Assembly: GCA_964016885.1 (NCBI GenBank)
Contig: OZ024743.1
Span: 60,822,001 to 60,886,000, forward strand
From: Eledone cirrhosa
Taxonomy: Eukaryota
Direction of reading: 5' to 3'
DNA length: 64,000 nt
How positions within the stretch are numbered: the first letter of the stretch is position 1; every line of letters begins with the position of its first letter. Of the stretch, positions 1 to 12,252 are shown piece by piece. A program made the position numbers and the translations under genes. The notes under the pieces are model-generated. The model ran no database searches. It saw nothing but the letters and a program-made list of their open reading frames with translations, and was not told the DNA's origin.

Positions 1-69
<69 letters not shown>

Positions 70-92
70 GACAGAGAGAAAGAGAGAGAGAG
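1..92. repeat. (GA)n microsatellite
   Basis: Near-pure AG dinucleotide run at the window start. Confidence 0.95.
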
Positions 93-321
93 ATGTGTGA
101 CGCCAGCAGAAGAGATATTACTCTTTTACTCTTTTACCTGTTCCAGCCATCCGGCTAAGGCCAAGCTGGGGCCCGACGGCAGAGCTCCCGTTGTTTCAAC
201 AGCTAGTTCCAAGAGCTCAACCCTCGGGCACCGACTCATTATAATATACCTATACTCTACTAGCCCAATTATCGAGTACTCTGTTGAGTAATGGTCTAAC
301 TAGTTTGAAATTGGCTCTATC

Positions 322-388
<67 letters not shown>

Positions 389-413
389 ATATGGGTGAGA
401 AGAATACTGCTGG

Positions 414-450
<37 letters not shown>

Positions 451-456
451 TATATA

Positions 457-655
457 TTGTTATACTTTGGGAGAGTCATGTTGCCAATAAGAAACACACG
501 CACCAGCTGCTTTCACTTCAATTTATTATAATAAATTGAAGTGAAAGCAACTGGTGCGTGTGTTTCTTACTGGCAACATGACCCTCCCAAAGTATAACAA
601 CATCGGTTTCAACACACGTTTTCAGATAAAGAATCTTGCTAAACAAATTCAGAAA

Positions 656-658
<3 letters not shown>
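457..658 (+). mobile_element. Fold-back remnant of a PLE pseudo-LTR terminus (same family as 25576-26893)
   Basis: 457-527 is the near-exact reverse complement of 528-600. Sequence matches 26820-26893 and, inverted, 25576-25705. Flanked by (TA)n on both sides. Confidence 0.75.
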
Positions 659-723
<65 letters not shown>

Positions 724-727
724 CAGT

Positions 728-1082
728 ACAAATATTAATAAAATAGATGTTCTTTTAATCATTTAAATTTTATTATACAATTATATATTATATATATAAA
801 TTATATATATATAAATATAAATTTAGTGAAAATCGCATTTCGGCGGGTAGAAATTAGCGAAACGCAACTTCCATATACATATATATATATATGTATATAT
901 ATTAAAGAGTTAAACAATATATAATGCGTATATCAACGAATGAATTTTACAGTAGATTGGAAGCACTGTATGAAAAATAATTTTCCAGAGTTATTAATAT
1001 TAAAATACAAATATTAATAAAATAGATGTAATTGATAAAAAGAACATCTATTTTATTAATATTTGTATTTTAATATTAATAT
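728..1082. mobile_element. Fragments and short palindrome (about 995-1082) related to the 3' tail of the HHR-bearing element at 27690-27863
   Basis: TTTTCCAGAGTTATTAATATTAA resembles 27732-27755. Arms of about 34 bp are inverted. Confidence 0.5.
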
Positions 1083-1100
1083 ATATGTATATATATATAT

Positions 1101-1288
1101 AACGAAGGAAATGTGGTAAGGAACCAGGTGGACCATAACGCACCAAAGTACTCAATACTTAGAGTAGTAGAGTGGGTAATAGGAACGAGTAGGACCCCGA
1201 CGGCTGAGCTCAATCCGTTCGACGGCTAATTCTGGACAAAATTAGCCGTCGAAACGGATTGAGCTCAGCCGTCGGGGTCCTACTCGTT

Positions 1289-1293
<5 letters not shown>
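1101..1293. mobile_element. Fold-back element carrying a half-hammerhead (GAAA-stem III-GUC)
   Basis: Arms about 1179-1231 and 1240-1293. Homologous copies at 32145-32487 and 62797-63015. Sits in (TA)n. Confidence 0.7.
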
Positions 1294-1342
<49 letters not shown>

Positions 1343-1355
1343 TCTATATATATGC

Positions 1356-1820
<465 letters not shown>

Positions 1821-1822
1821 GT

Positions 1823-1913
<91 letters not shown>

Positions 1914-2061
1914 GTGCATGGTGGTGGTTATAGTGTTGTGCTGGTAATGGTGATGTTGAAGGTGTGTCCTCCTGTGTCACACAGACCTGATATGACAGAT
2001 TATTTCGTAAGTCACAATCACAGATAATTTCCTTTAACACCACAACCTTGATCTCACAACC

Positions 2062-2355
2062 CACACCACTTCCATGACCACCACCACCACCACCTCCACC
2101 ACCTCCACCATCACAACCACCACCACCACCACAACTTCAACCATAACCACAACCACCATCGTCACCCCCTCCATCACCACAATAATCATCGTCTCCACTA
2201 ACAACACAACCACTACAACCACCACCACCACAAGAACAACACTTGCCGTCACCACTACTACTATTACTACTACCACCTCCACTAGTACTACCACACTACT
2301 ACCACTACTACTACTACTACTACTACTATTACTACTACTACTACCCCCACTACTG

Positions 2356-2394
<39 letters not shown>

Positions 2395-2397
2395 ACT

Positions 2398-2449
<52 letters not shown>

Positions 2450-2496
2450 CACTACCACCTCCACTACTACCACTACTACTATTCCTACCACCACCT

Positions 2497-2536
<40 letters not shown>

Positions 2537-2598
2537 CTCCACTACCACCACCTCCACTACTACTACTACTACTACTACTACCTCCACTACCACCACCT

Positions 2599-2657
<59 letters not shown>
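2062..2657. repeat. (CAC)n/(CTA)n trinucleotide low-complexity tract
   Basis: Seen directly. Confidence 0.95.
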
Positions 2658-2699
2658 GTTTATATTGTAGTTCTGAAAATAGTTACACTAAAACAACTA

Positions 2700-4025
2700 C
2701 TATTGTTAGTGGTGCTGCTGCTGCTTTTCTTGCTAATGTTGTTGCTGTTGCAGTTATGGTTGTTGCTGCTGCTGTTCTTATAATTGCTGCTGTTGTTGCC
2801 ACTGATGTTGCAACTGCTATTATTACTGCTGTTGTTGCTGCTGTTACCAATGCTGTTATTGTTGCTGCTGTTGCTGTTATAGTTGGTGTTGTTGTTACTG
2901 CTATTACTACTGCTGCTGTTGCTGCTGTTGCTGCTATAGTTGGTGTTGTTGTTACTGCTATTACTACTGCTGCTGTTGCTGCTGTTGCTGCTATAGTTGG
3001 TGTTGTTGTTACTGCTATTACTACTGCTGCTGTTGCTGCTGTTGCTGCTATAGTTGGTGTTGGTGTTACTGCTATTAGTACTGCTGCTGTTGATGTTGCT
3101 GTTGCTGCTGTTGCTGCTGTTGCTGCTATAGTTGGTGTTGTTGTTACTGCTATTAGTACTGCTGCTGTTGATGTTGCTGTTGCTGCTGTTGCTGCTATAG
3201 TTGGTGTTGTTGTTACTGCTATTACTACTGCTGCTGTTGTTGCTGCTGTTGCTGCTATAGTTGGTGTTGGTGTTACTACTATTACTACTGCTGCTGTTGC
3301 TGCTGTTGCTGCTATAGCTGGTGTTGTTGTTACTGCTATTACTACTGCTGCTGTTGCTGCTGTTGCTGCTATAGTTGGTGTTGTTGTTACTGCTATTACT
3401 ACTGCTGCTGTTGCTGCTGTTGCTGCTATAGTTGGTGTTGTTGTTACTGCTATTACTACTGCTGCTGTTGTTGTTGCTGTTGCTGCTATAGTTGGTGTTG
3501 TTGTTACTGCTATTAGTACTGCTGCTGTTAATGTTGCTGTTGCTGCTATAGTTGGTGTTGTTGTTACTGCTATTACTACTGCTGCTATTGTTGCTGCTGC
3601 TGCTGCTGCTGGTAATACTGCTGCTGTTGCTGCTATACTTTGTGTTGATATTATTTCTATTACTACTGCTGCAGTTGCTGCTGCTGTTGTTGCTGTTGTT
3701 GTTGATGCTGTTGCTGCTGCTGTTGGTGCTGTTGCTGCTATACTTGGTGTTGATGTTACTGTAATTACTACTGCTGCAGTTGCTGCTGCAACTGCTGACA
3801 CTGCTGCTGCTACTGTTGCTGCTACTGCTGCTACTTGTGCTGCCACTGCTGCTACAAATACTTCTACTGTTGTTACTGCTACTGGTGCTACTTATGCCGT
3901 TACTGCTGCTGCTTGTGCTGCTATGACTACTACTACTACTACTACTACTCCCACCACTACAACCACTACAACCACCACTACTACTATTACTACTCCCACC
4001 ACCACAACCACTACAACTACTACTA
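2700..4025. repeat. GCT/GTT-based minisatellite, about 57-bp unit, grading into (CTA)n
   Basis: Recurrent unit GCTATAGTTGGTGTTGTTGTTACTGCTATTACTACTGCTGCTGTTGCTGCTGTTGCT. Confidence 0.9.
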
Positions 4026-4104
4026 CATGCTTTATAGATACTAACAATACTGCCACTAATACATTCACTGCTACTTATTAAAATTAAAATTAATGTAATA
4101 GATG

Positions 4105-4315
4105 TTAACAAGTGGCTGAGCATTCTACAGACGTATGCATCTTTAATGTTGTTAAAGGAAGACTGAGTGTGATATAGTGTGTAGCATAGGTGCTAGCTGT
4201 CCACTCCGACCACGGCCGAAATGGGGTTCCTCCAAATGGTCTTTGGAGTAAGGAATCGAACTCACGACCTTACGATCATAAGCCGAATACTCTAACCACA
4301 AAGCCACGTGCCTTC
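4105..4315 (-). mobile_element. tRNA-headed SINE, family B
   Basis: Reverse strand has A-box-like GTGGTTAGAGT and B-box-like GTTCGATTCC. Body resembles 57082-57240 and 60720-61000. Confidence 0.6.
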
Positions 4316-4444
4316 ACTATAATGTGAAGGTATATTGTGACAATAACATCAACAACAGTATGAAGGTATATTGTGAGAAGAAGAAGAAGAAGAAGAAGAA
4401 GAAGAAGAAGAAGAAGAAGAAGAAGAAGAAGAAGAAGAAGAAGA

Positions 4445-4668
4445 AGGTCTTATGTCGGAGTTATCCCAGTTTCCTGAGTTGCCTTCTCCTAGAAGAATGC
4501 CCTGACAAAGACTAGGGGTCCTTCTCTCTTAGTGGTTTAACCGCGCGATCGGTTGTCCAGCCCGACTGTTTCTATGACCCCGCGCATATGCATACATATG
4601 TACATGTGTATATACATATTTACACACTTTTGGATGGCCCTTGACTCTTATGAGTCCTTCCGCCCTAC
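4445..4668 (-). mobile_element. RTE 5'-UTR fragment
   Basis: Reverse complement matches 19070-19240 and 8751-8835. Abuts (CATA)n and (GAA)n. Confidence 0.75.
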
Positions 4669-5149
4669 ATACGTACATACATACATACATACATACATAC
4701 ATACATACATACATACATACATACATACATACATACATACATACATACATGTGTATACCTTTACAAAATAATTTACATGACTTTAAATATTGCACATTAT
4801 TTTTATGTGCTGCGATGTATATCTTTAGAAGAAACATTGTATGTGTTCGGGCAATATTATACATGGCTATACACGATACCACGTATCTCATTGTATGTAT
4901 GAACCCACAAATCCTGATGGTGTCGTTGGGTCTCTGTAGTATCGTACAGCGTTTCTTGTGCATATTTAAAAAACCTGATGGAACCCATCTCCTCTCCAGG
5001 TTTAATCACAGTCTATTTATTCTAGAGTAGTGAGAAGGAGAGAGGGGGGTGGAAGAAGAAGAAGAAGAAGAAGAAGAAGAAGAAGAAGAAGAAGAAGAAG
5101 AAGAAGAAGAAGAAGAAGAAGAAGAAGAAGAAGAAGACACTGGTATTGG

Positions 5150-5290
5150 ACTAGTACTATTCTATGAACCACGAAATGATGAAAGGCAAACTTGACCTCG
5201 GTGGGATTTGAATTCAGAGTACAGTGAACCGGAACTATATACTACCACAAAGCATTCCATCCAACATTCTAACGACTCTGCCATTTTGCT
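5150..5290 (-). mobile_element. tRNA-derived SINE, family A (degraded)
   Basis: GATGAAAGGCAAACTTGACCTCGGTGGGATTTGAATTCAGA matches the family consensus. Confidence 0.7.
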
Positions 5291-7057
5291 TCTTCCTTCT
5301 ATCTCATTACTGCATACACATATCTGAAGGAGAGTTGGATAAAATATTCCAGTGAAATTAACTTTAATAAACCAAAATAGAACACTTACTAGAGCAGATA
5401 ATAGTTTGAAATATAATTTTATTAAAATGTAATTTTATTGAAACGTCAGCCACCATTTAGCCGATATTCTTAGAACCACTAGAGCCAAGCTCCATATAAT
5501 TACACTTGTTATTCTCCAGAGATTTGTCTCATAAGTTCTTCTACTTCATTTATTTTCGTATCCAACAATTCATACAGTAAACCACTTTATCATTGTTACA
5601 ACAAAACTGAAGGTAATTAATGATAGCTTTATTTTCAAAAAATATTCCTTTGTCTTCGGAACGTTTATTGAATTCAATGGGTTAATACACAAAAGACTGT
5701 AATAGAATCATCCATTCAAAGTGTGAACTATAGAATAATGGTATCGAAATGGAGTTTGACATTAAATTAGTGTAGAAAATAGCAAATAATACAGGGTGGA
5801 TACAATACTAGAGAAATAAAGGAAATATAGTAATCTAAAAATAAAAAAAAATTAAAAATCAAACAGTATATTTAGAGATATAATTAAATAAAAAAAAGAG
5901 CATTGAACTCCATTAATGTTACAAATAATTTGTTGTTTTTTGTTGATGGTTTTTGTGTAGAATCGACATATTGTTTGTAGATACGAAACGTAGCAAGATT
6001 CACTGGAGAATGCCAAAAAAGTAACATTATCAAACAATACTAATCTTCAAGGAGCCGGCAAATTGACAGAGTTCTCAGAACGTCAAATGAAATGAAATTC
6101 TTCGTGATATTCGTTCCGGCGTTCAAATCTCCGCCAAGAAAAATGCTGAGAACAACTGCAATTGAACGTCTGAGAACAAAGGCAAGAGATTTAGTGTTCT
6201 TACCCTCCGACATACAGCCTGATTTATCTGTCCGAGAAACATAAATCTCGAAATCCATTCATTCAAGTTGTAAACAAATGTATTTAGAAATCAAAAAAAT
6301 CTGATATACATAAATGATGCTAAAGTTAACAACTCATAAGACAAAGAAACGGAATAAATACCGCAAGTCATTTTATCCCAACACTTTAAAATGCCACAAT
6401 TTACTGCCATAGACTTATTCTTTCTTTTAACGAACTCGAAATGACGAAATGCGAAGTTGATTTTGGTGAGGGAATTTCATATTAGGAGGCAAAAAGCTGG
6501 AACAAACAGCGCCAGTAATAATGTTTTATTCTTTAATGATTCTACTAGATCACTGCCTGGACGCACACATTTGAAGTAACACAAATATTGCAGTAGTTTC
6601 CCGCATATCTGTCATAATTCTGCAGTTTGATATGCAACGATCTTGGAAAACAGTTGTCGTTCCTTTAAAATGAACAAAGATTGACTCAAAATAACTTCAC
6701 ATTTTCTACCTCAGATACACCCTAATTTTTTACCTCTGTCACTTCCTTCAACTCTGAAATGTTCAGTCGAACACAATATTGTCATATATGGTACACTAAA
6801 CCTCGCTTGCACTACCGGTTTCTCCACCCACCCTTCACCCTTATTGTCTTTCTTCTCGCTGGCACTGTACTAAGTATTTTGTATAACCCATTCTCAGGAC
6901 TTAACACCCCACCAAACTGCTCATGTATAGATATTCAAGTTAAACACCTACCATATCAATCTCACCATTATACGTTTCGTCCTTTCCAACTCTTTCACTA
7001 TTCTCTATTGCAAGATTATGTGTCTAACTCTACCTAACATTATATATGTTATCATAA

Positions 7058-7272
7058 GGGCGGTGGATTGGCAATATCGGTAGAACGTCAGACACACTGC
7101 TTCACGGCATAGAGTTACGGCCATTTACGTTCTGAGTTCAAATCCCGCCAAGGTTAGTTTTGCCTTTCATCTTTACGAGGTCGATAAACAAAGTACCAGT
7201 AACGCACTGGGGTAGATGTAATCGACTTTCCTTTCCGCTACATTGTTGGCCTTGTGCCTAAATCTAAAAGCA
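7058..7272 (+). mobile_element. tRNA-derived SINE, family A (resembles octopus OR-type SINEs)
   Basis: GGCGGTGGATTGGCA head, B-box GAGTTCAAATCC, TTTGCCTTTCATC...GTCGATAAA...GTACCAG core, GGCCTTGTGCCTAAA tail. More than 10 copies in the window. Confidence 0.85.
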
Positions 7273-7344
7273 TTATATATGCTATCGCCATTCTCATTTT
7301 CACAATTCCTATTTTCTATTATTCGATAAAAAAACATCTAACTT

Positions 7345-7442
<98 letters not shown>

Positions 7443-8750
7443 ATTTCTATACCATCTCCGATTCCTTTTATCATGTCTCTATAATCATCTTCTACATCTT
7501 TTTCTTTATATTTATGTTATATTACATTCTCTATATCTCCCATTAAGGAGATAAGTTATTGTGCCTCGCAGTAAATATACACCACATCTAATAATGTCTT
7601 ATCCCACTAGGCGACAATATAATGTGATTGCAAATGTATTCCTCAAGCTATGTTTTAACAATATCACTATTTACAATTTGTCCGGATTTGCAAGCATGGA
7701 GATGGATAGATATTATTTTCTCGTAAATCTGTTTATACATATGGAATCATTTACTTGATTCCCGTTGATTTCTCAAATGTTTTGCTCTATTTTCTTATCA
7801 TAGGTGTTGTAGTGGCAATGTCTTTACAGCGTCCATTTTCCTTTCTCCCCAACAACTGTTGGCCTTGCGTCAAAATTAGAAACACTTATATTATCATAAG
7901 GGATTCTCCAATAACTGTAGAGTTCAAATCACTGTTTGATACCGAACATTTCATTATTTAGTCAACGAGCGAATTGTAGTGCCCATGATCTGTTTCAAGA
8001 CCTCTGATGTTACTTCTAGGGGGAGAGAAAAAGCTATAATTGCAACAGGGAGGACTCAGCTAAAGGCATTCAATGGATAGATTGTGGTGTTAAGCCGGGT
8101 GACGGATTAAGTCTACCACACAAATAGGCATCAGTAGAACTTTAGCTCCTAATACAAGAAGCCGCAAATATCTCCTTCGATATACTAATAATTCAGCCAG
8201 TCAACAACCTTAGAATGTTAATTAATTTTCTCGATTCGACTCCTAAATAATGAAATACAAATTTTGATTTGAATTCACAGCTCATAGAAGCGGAACAAAT
8301 AATGCAAAGAAGTTGTAATGACTCTGCGAATTCGCCGCCTTAAAGGAACTTCATATTTCAAGTACAAGACCAGCTGTTTAAAGGTAGGGGAAAGTCGATC
8401 AAATCAACGACGTAGATGACTGGTGCTTTATTTTATCGACAACGGAAAATAAAAGGCTGTTGCTTTCAGTGTTGCGAGGTGAACACGTTAACCAGACATT
8501 CATTCCTGCTCTTACTTGTCAATACAATTTACTGGAATATGAATGACAGATTTAATTCAATTATAATTGAAAGAGTTTTGGAGACATACCTGACGGCAGT
8601 AAAATGTCTAATAATTACAAATATAATTGAAAATAACGTGTTGGAATATTAATAATACATTATAGCTTGTATTCTGTGCATAAATGTATGTATGTATGTA
8701 TGTATGTATGTATGTATGTATGTATGTATGTATGTATGTATGTATGTATG

Positions 8751-9001
8751 TGGGAGTGAAGAACCCCTAGCCCTTGTCAGGGTATTCTTCTAGGAGAAGG
8801 CATCTCAGGAAACTGGGTTAACTCCGATATAAAACCTGCGGCTCAGTAGTTACCGATGATGTTGATCTTTTCTTCTTTTCGGGTTATAGCTACTGTCGCT
8901 CAGAGAGTGGGATTGGTTCAGTGCACAGTCTTTCCTCACTTTAAAAATATTCGTCACGCACAGGCATTGCACGAGTGCATTAATAATTATTAATAGTGTA
9001 C

Positions 9002-9040
<39 letters not shown>

Positions 9041-9045
9041 TATTA

Positions 9046-9079
<34 letters not shown>

Positions 9080-12000
9080 CAAATTCAATGATGTTCCAGA
9101 ACAATGTAAACGAGATAATTGCCAATTTGGGTTCTGGAACAAAAAAGATCATTGGCAATAAGGGCAGGGGCCCCAAGTTATCACAACCTGGGCCCGCCCG
9201 TCATCGTGCCATTGTAATAGAGCCAAACAGGGCATTTAGTCTTGGCTGCTGGAACGTACGGATGCTGCTTGACAGGGATTCTTTGGAGCGTCCTGAACGA
9301 AGGACCGCTCTTGTTGCAAAGGAGCTTCGACGTTACGATCTTGACATCGTGGCTTTATCTGAGACGAGGTTAGCTGGAGATGGTCATCTTACGGAATTTT
9401 GTGGAGAATATACATTCTTCTGGAAAGGAAGAGATGAAGGAACCAGAAGAGAGGCTGGGGTAGGATTTGCTGTTAAGACTGTACTGGTGAATAAATTAGA
9501 AGAATTCCCAGTAGGGATTAGTGAGCGTCTTATGTCCATGAGAGTTCCGCTGGACAAGGGAAGATATGCTACCCTGGTGAGTGTGTATGCTCCAACTATG
9601 AATTCTGTCGATGAAGAAAAACTGTCCTTTTACCATGCCTTGAAAGGTGTTCTAAGAAATATCCCTCAGGCAGACAAAGTCATCGTGCTTGGTGACTTTA
9701 ATGCTAGAGTGGGTAGGGATTTTAACACATGGAATGTAATCGGAAGGCATGGGGTGGGAAAGTGTAACAGCAATGGTATGCTCTTGCTGCAGATGTGTGA
9801 GGAGCTGGATCTGTGTGTTACCAACACCATGTTCCAACAAAAGAACAAATTCAAGACCACATGGATGCATCCTGCATCTAAGGAATGGCATCTTTTGGAC
9901 TACGTCCTAGTCAGGATGCGTGACAGACAGGATGTGCAGTGTGTTCGTGTTCTTCGTGGAGCTGAGTGCTGGACGGACCACCGCCTGGTACGCGCAAAAG
10001 TGAATCTAATCACCAAACGTAAAATCCGGGCTCCTGGTGTTACCCTGCCCAAAAGATTGAATGCTGCTCGTCTTAAGGATAAAAATGTGAAGAGGACATT
10101 GGAAGAAGAGATGCAGGCTGCAGATCTTGGTGAGGATTGGCCGACCCTTAAAAAGTCGGTTTATGATGTAGGCAGACGTGTTCTGGGATTGGTGCAGAGA
10201 AAACATCAGGACTGGTTTAATGAGAATGATGTGCATATAGAAGACTTGTTGGCTGATAAGAGGCGTGCTCTGTCACGCTACTTGACGGCAAAACCACAGG
10301 AGAGGAATACGTTGCATGAGGAGCTCAGGGATGTAAAATCACGTGTTAGGCGGAGTCTTTCTCAGATGAAGGATCAGTGGTGGAGTGAGAAGGCTGGTGA
10401 GATACAAACTGCGTCTGATTGCAATAACACAAAGCTGTTGTACAGTCTCTTGCGTGAGGTTTATGGACCGTCTTCTTCTCTGGTGACACCGATTCGCAGC
10501 AAGGATGGCAAAGAACTTCTTCGTGACTCACAGGAAATTCTACGAAGGTGGCGAGAGCACTTTGATGATCTTTTGAATCAGCCGTCTGTCGTCAGTGAAG
10601 ATTTCCTCAATCTCATTCCGGAAAGTCCTGTGAAAGTAGCTCTCGCAGAACCTCCGACACTTGTGGAGGTTGCAGTGGCTATTTCGAAGCTGAACAGTGG
10701 AAGATCTCCAGGTGTGGATGGCATACATGCTGAGCTCCTACAATATGGTGGTGAGAGACTCCTGCAACATCTTCACTCTCTGTTTGGAAGGATATGGGCT
10801 AATGAATCCGTGCCTGAGGACTGGAGAGATGCAGTAATGGTGGTCTTGTACAAGGGAAAGGGTAACAGGAATGATTGTGGGAACTACAGAGGTATATCAT
10901 TGCTTTCTGTCGTGGGGAAAGTTTTATGTAGGGTGCTTCTGGACCGTCTGCTGACACACATTGCAGATTGTGTCCTTCCTGAAAGTCAATCTGGTTTTCG
11001 TGCTGGACGCGGCACTACTGATATGATCTTCTCAGCTAGACAGCTCCAGGAGAAGTGCATTGAACAGGGCTTGGATCTGTATCAGGTTTTTGTCGATCTG
11101 ACAAAGGCTTTCGATACTGTCAACAGAGATGCATTATGGAAGGTTCTCCAGAAACTTGGTTGCCCTGATAAGTTCCTTGCCTTAGTTAGGTCTTTCCATG
11201 ACGACATGAAGGCTTGGGTTAAAGTCGGAGGTAACATGTCGGAGCCTATCTCAGTAAAAAATGGAGTGAAACAGGGGGATATTCCAGCACCGACCCTGTT
11301 TGCCATATACTTTGCAATGGTTTTCTGTATTGCATTCAGGAATTGCGAGCATGGTGTTTACATCCGATATCGAACCTCAGGCAGCATATTTAACATCAGG
11401 CGCTTTGCTGCGAAGACAAAAGTATTTACATCAGTCATAAGAGACCTCTTGTATGCAGATGATTGCGATCTTGTAGCGCACACAGAGAGTGATATGCAGC
11501 ACATTTTGAATGTATTTTCTGACGCTTGCACTGCCCTGGGTTTGACTGTCAGTCTCAAGAAAACCGTCGTCATGTACCAACCTGCCCCTGGTAAGCAGTA
11601 CACTGAACCAAACATCTATGTGTATGGCAAACGACTTGGAGTGGTTGATCAGTTTGTCTACCTGGGAAGCACTGTCAATCGATACGGCAACCTTGACAGT
11701 GAAATCTCACTTAGGATTAGGAAAGCAAGTGATGCTTTCGGAAAGCTAGAAAGGCGACTCTGGGGTCGGCGAGACATATGCAGGAGGACAAAGGTAAAGG
11801 TGTACAGGGCATGTGTACTCTCTTGTCTTCTTTATGCCTGCGAGACCTGGGTCACATATCGACGCCACCTTAAGCAATTGGAGCGTTTCCATCAGATGTG
11901 TCTCAGACGGATCCATGGCGTTCACTGGAGGGACCACATCAGTGATGTCGAGATTTTGGAAAGCTCTATGTGTGACAGTATAGAAGCTCTTGTGCTTAAG

Positions 12001-12224
12001 CAGCGACTCCGTTGGAGTGGTCACCTTGCCAGGATGAAGGATTCTAGAATACCAAAACAACTCTTCTATGGAGAGTTGGTTAAAGGAAAACGACCGCCAC
12101 ATAAACCAAAAAAGAGGTATAAGGATTCCTTGAAAGCCTCTCTGAAAGACGCTAACATCTCTGCTGATACATGGGAAAATATTGCTGCTGATCGTAATAA
12201 ATGGAGAAAGACTGTATATGAGTG
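8751..12224 (+). mobile_element. RTE-clade LINE, near full length but missing its 3' end
   Basis: 5' leader 8751-8980 is shared with 19155-19380 and 19753-19950, followed by (TAT)n, poly(T) and the ORF. Preceded by (TATG)n. Confidence 0.9.
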
Positions 12225-12252
12225 GGTCTTTCTCAGGGCCTTTCTACACTAG
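9088..12252 (+). CDS. RTE LINE ORF: AP endonuclease plus reverse transcriptase (last ~9 codons come from the adjacent PLE)
   Basis: APE motifs GCWNVR, ALSETR, GVGF, SVYAPT, LGDFNARVG, LLDY, TDH. RT motifs NYRGISLL, QSGFR, FVDLTKAFDTV, GVKQG, LLYADD, YLGS, LRWSGHLARM. 1054 codons with no stop. Confidence 0.95.
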   Translation: MMFQNNVNEIIANLGSGTKKIIGNKGRGPKLSQPGPARHRAIVIEPNRAFSLGCWNVRMLLDRDSLERPERRTALVAKELRRYDLDIVALSETRLAGDGHLTEFCGEYTFFWKGRDEGTRREAGVGFAVKTVLVNKLEEFPVGISERLMSMRVPLDKGRYATLVSVYAPTMNSVDEEKLSFYHALKGVLRNIPQADKVIVLGDFNARVGRDFNTWNVIGRHGVGKCNSNGMLLLQMCEELDLCVTNTMFQQKNKFKTTWMHPASKEWHLLDYVLVRMRDRQDVQCVRVLRGAECWTDHRLVRAKVNLITKRKIRAPGVTLPKRLNAARLKDKNVKRTLEEEMQAADLGEDWPTLKKSVYDVGRRVLGLVQRKHQDWFNENDVHIEDLLADKRRALSRYLTAKPQERNTLHEELRDVKSRVRRSLSQMKDQWWSEKAGEIQTASDCNNTKLLYSLLREVYGPSSSLVTPIRSKDGKELLRDSQEILRRWREHFDDLLNQPSVVSEDFLNLIPESPVKVALAEPPTLVEVAVAISKLNSGRSPGVDGIHAELLQYGGERLLQHLHSLFGRIWANESVPEDWRDAVMVVLYKGKGNRNDCGNYRGISLLSVVGKVLCRVLLDRLLTHIADCVLPESQSGFRAGRGTTDMIFSARQLQEKCIEQGLDLYQVFVDLTKAFDTVNRDALWKVLQKLGCPDKFLALVRSFHDDMKAWVKVGGNMSEPISVKNGVKQGDIPAPTLFAIYFAMVFCIAFRNCEHGVYIRYRTSGSIFNIRRFAAKTKVFTSVIRDLLYADDCDLVAHTESDMQHILNVFSDACTALGLTVSLKKTVVMYQPAPGKQYTEPNIYVYGKRLGVVDQFVYLGSTVNRYGNLDSEISLRIRKASDAFGKLERRLWGRRDICRRTKVKVYRACVLSCLLYACETWVTYRRHLKQLERFHQMCLRRIHGVHWRDHISDVEILESSMCDSIEALVLKQRLRWSGHLARMKDSRIPKQLFYGELVKGKRPPHKPKKRYKDSLKASLKDANISADTWENIAADRNKWRKTVYEWVFLRAFLH

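Noticed and set aside
2243-4123. Long Ala/Val/Thr or Ser/Asn ORFs resembling antifreeze or mucin proteins
   Set aside because: Open in several frames on both strands because of triplet repeats, with no unique domain or signal.
7058-7150. tRNA-like A/B boxes
   Set aside because: These are SINE heads continuing into a shared SINE body; no complete cloverleaf.
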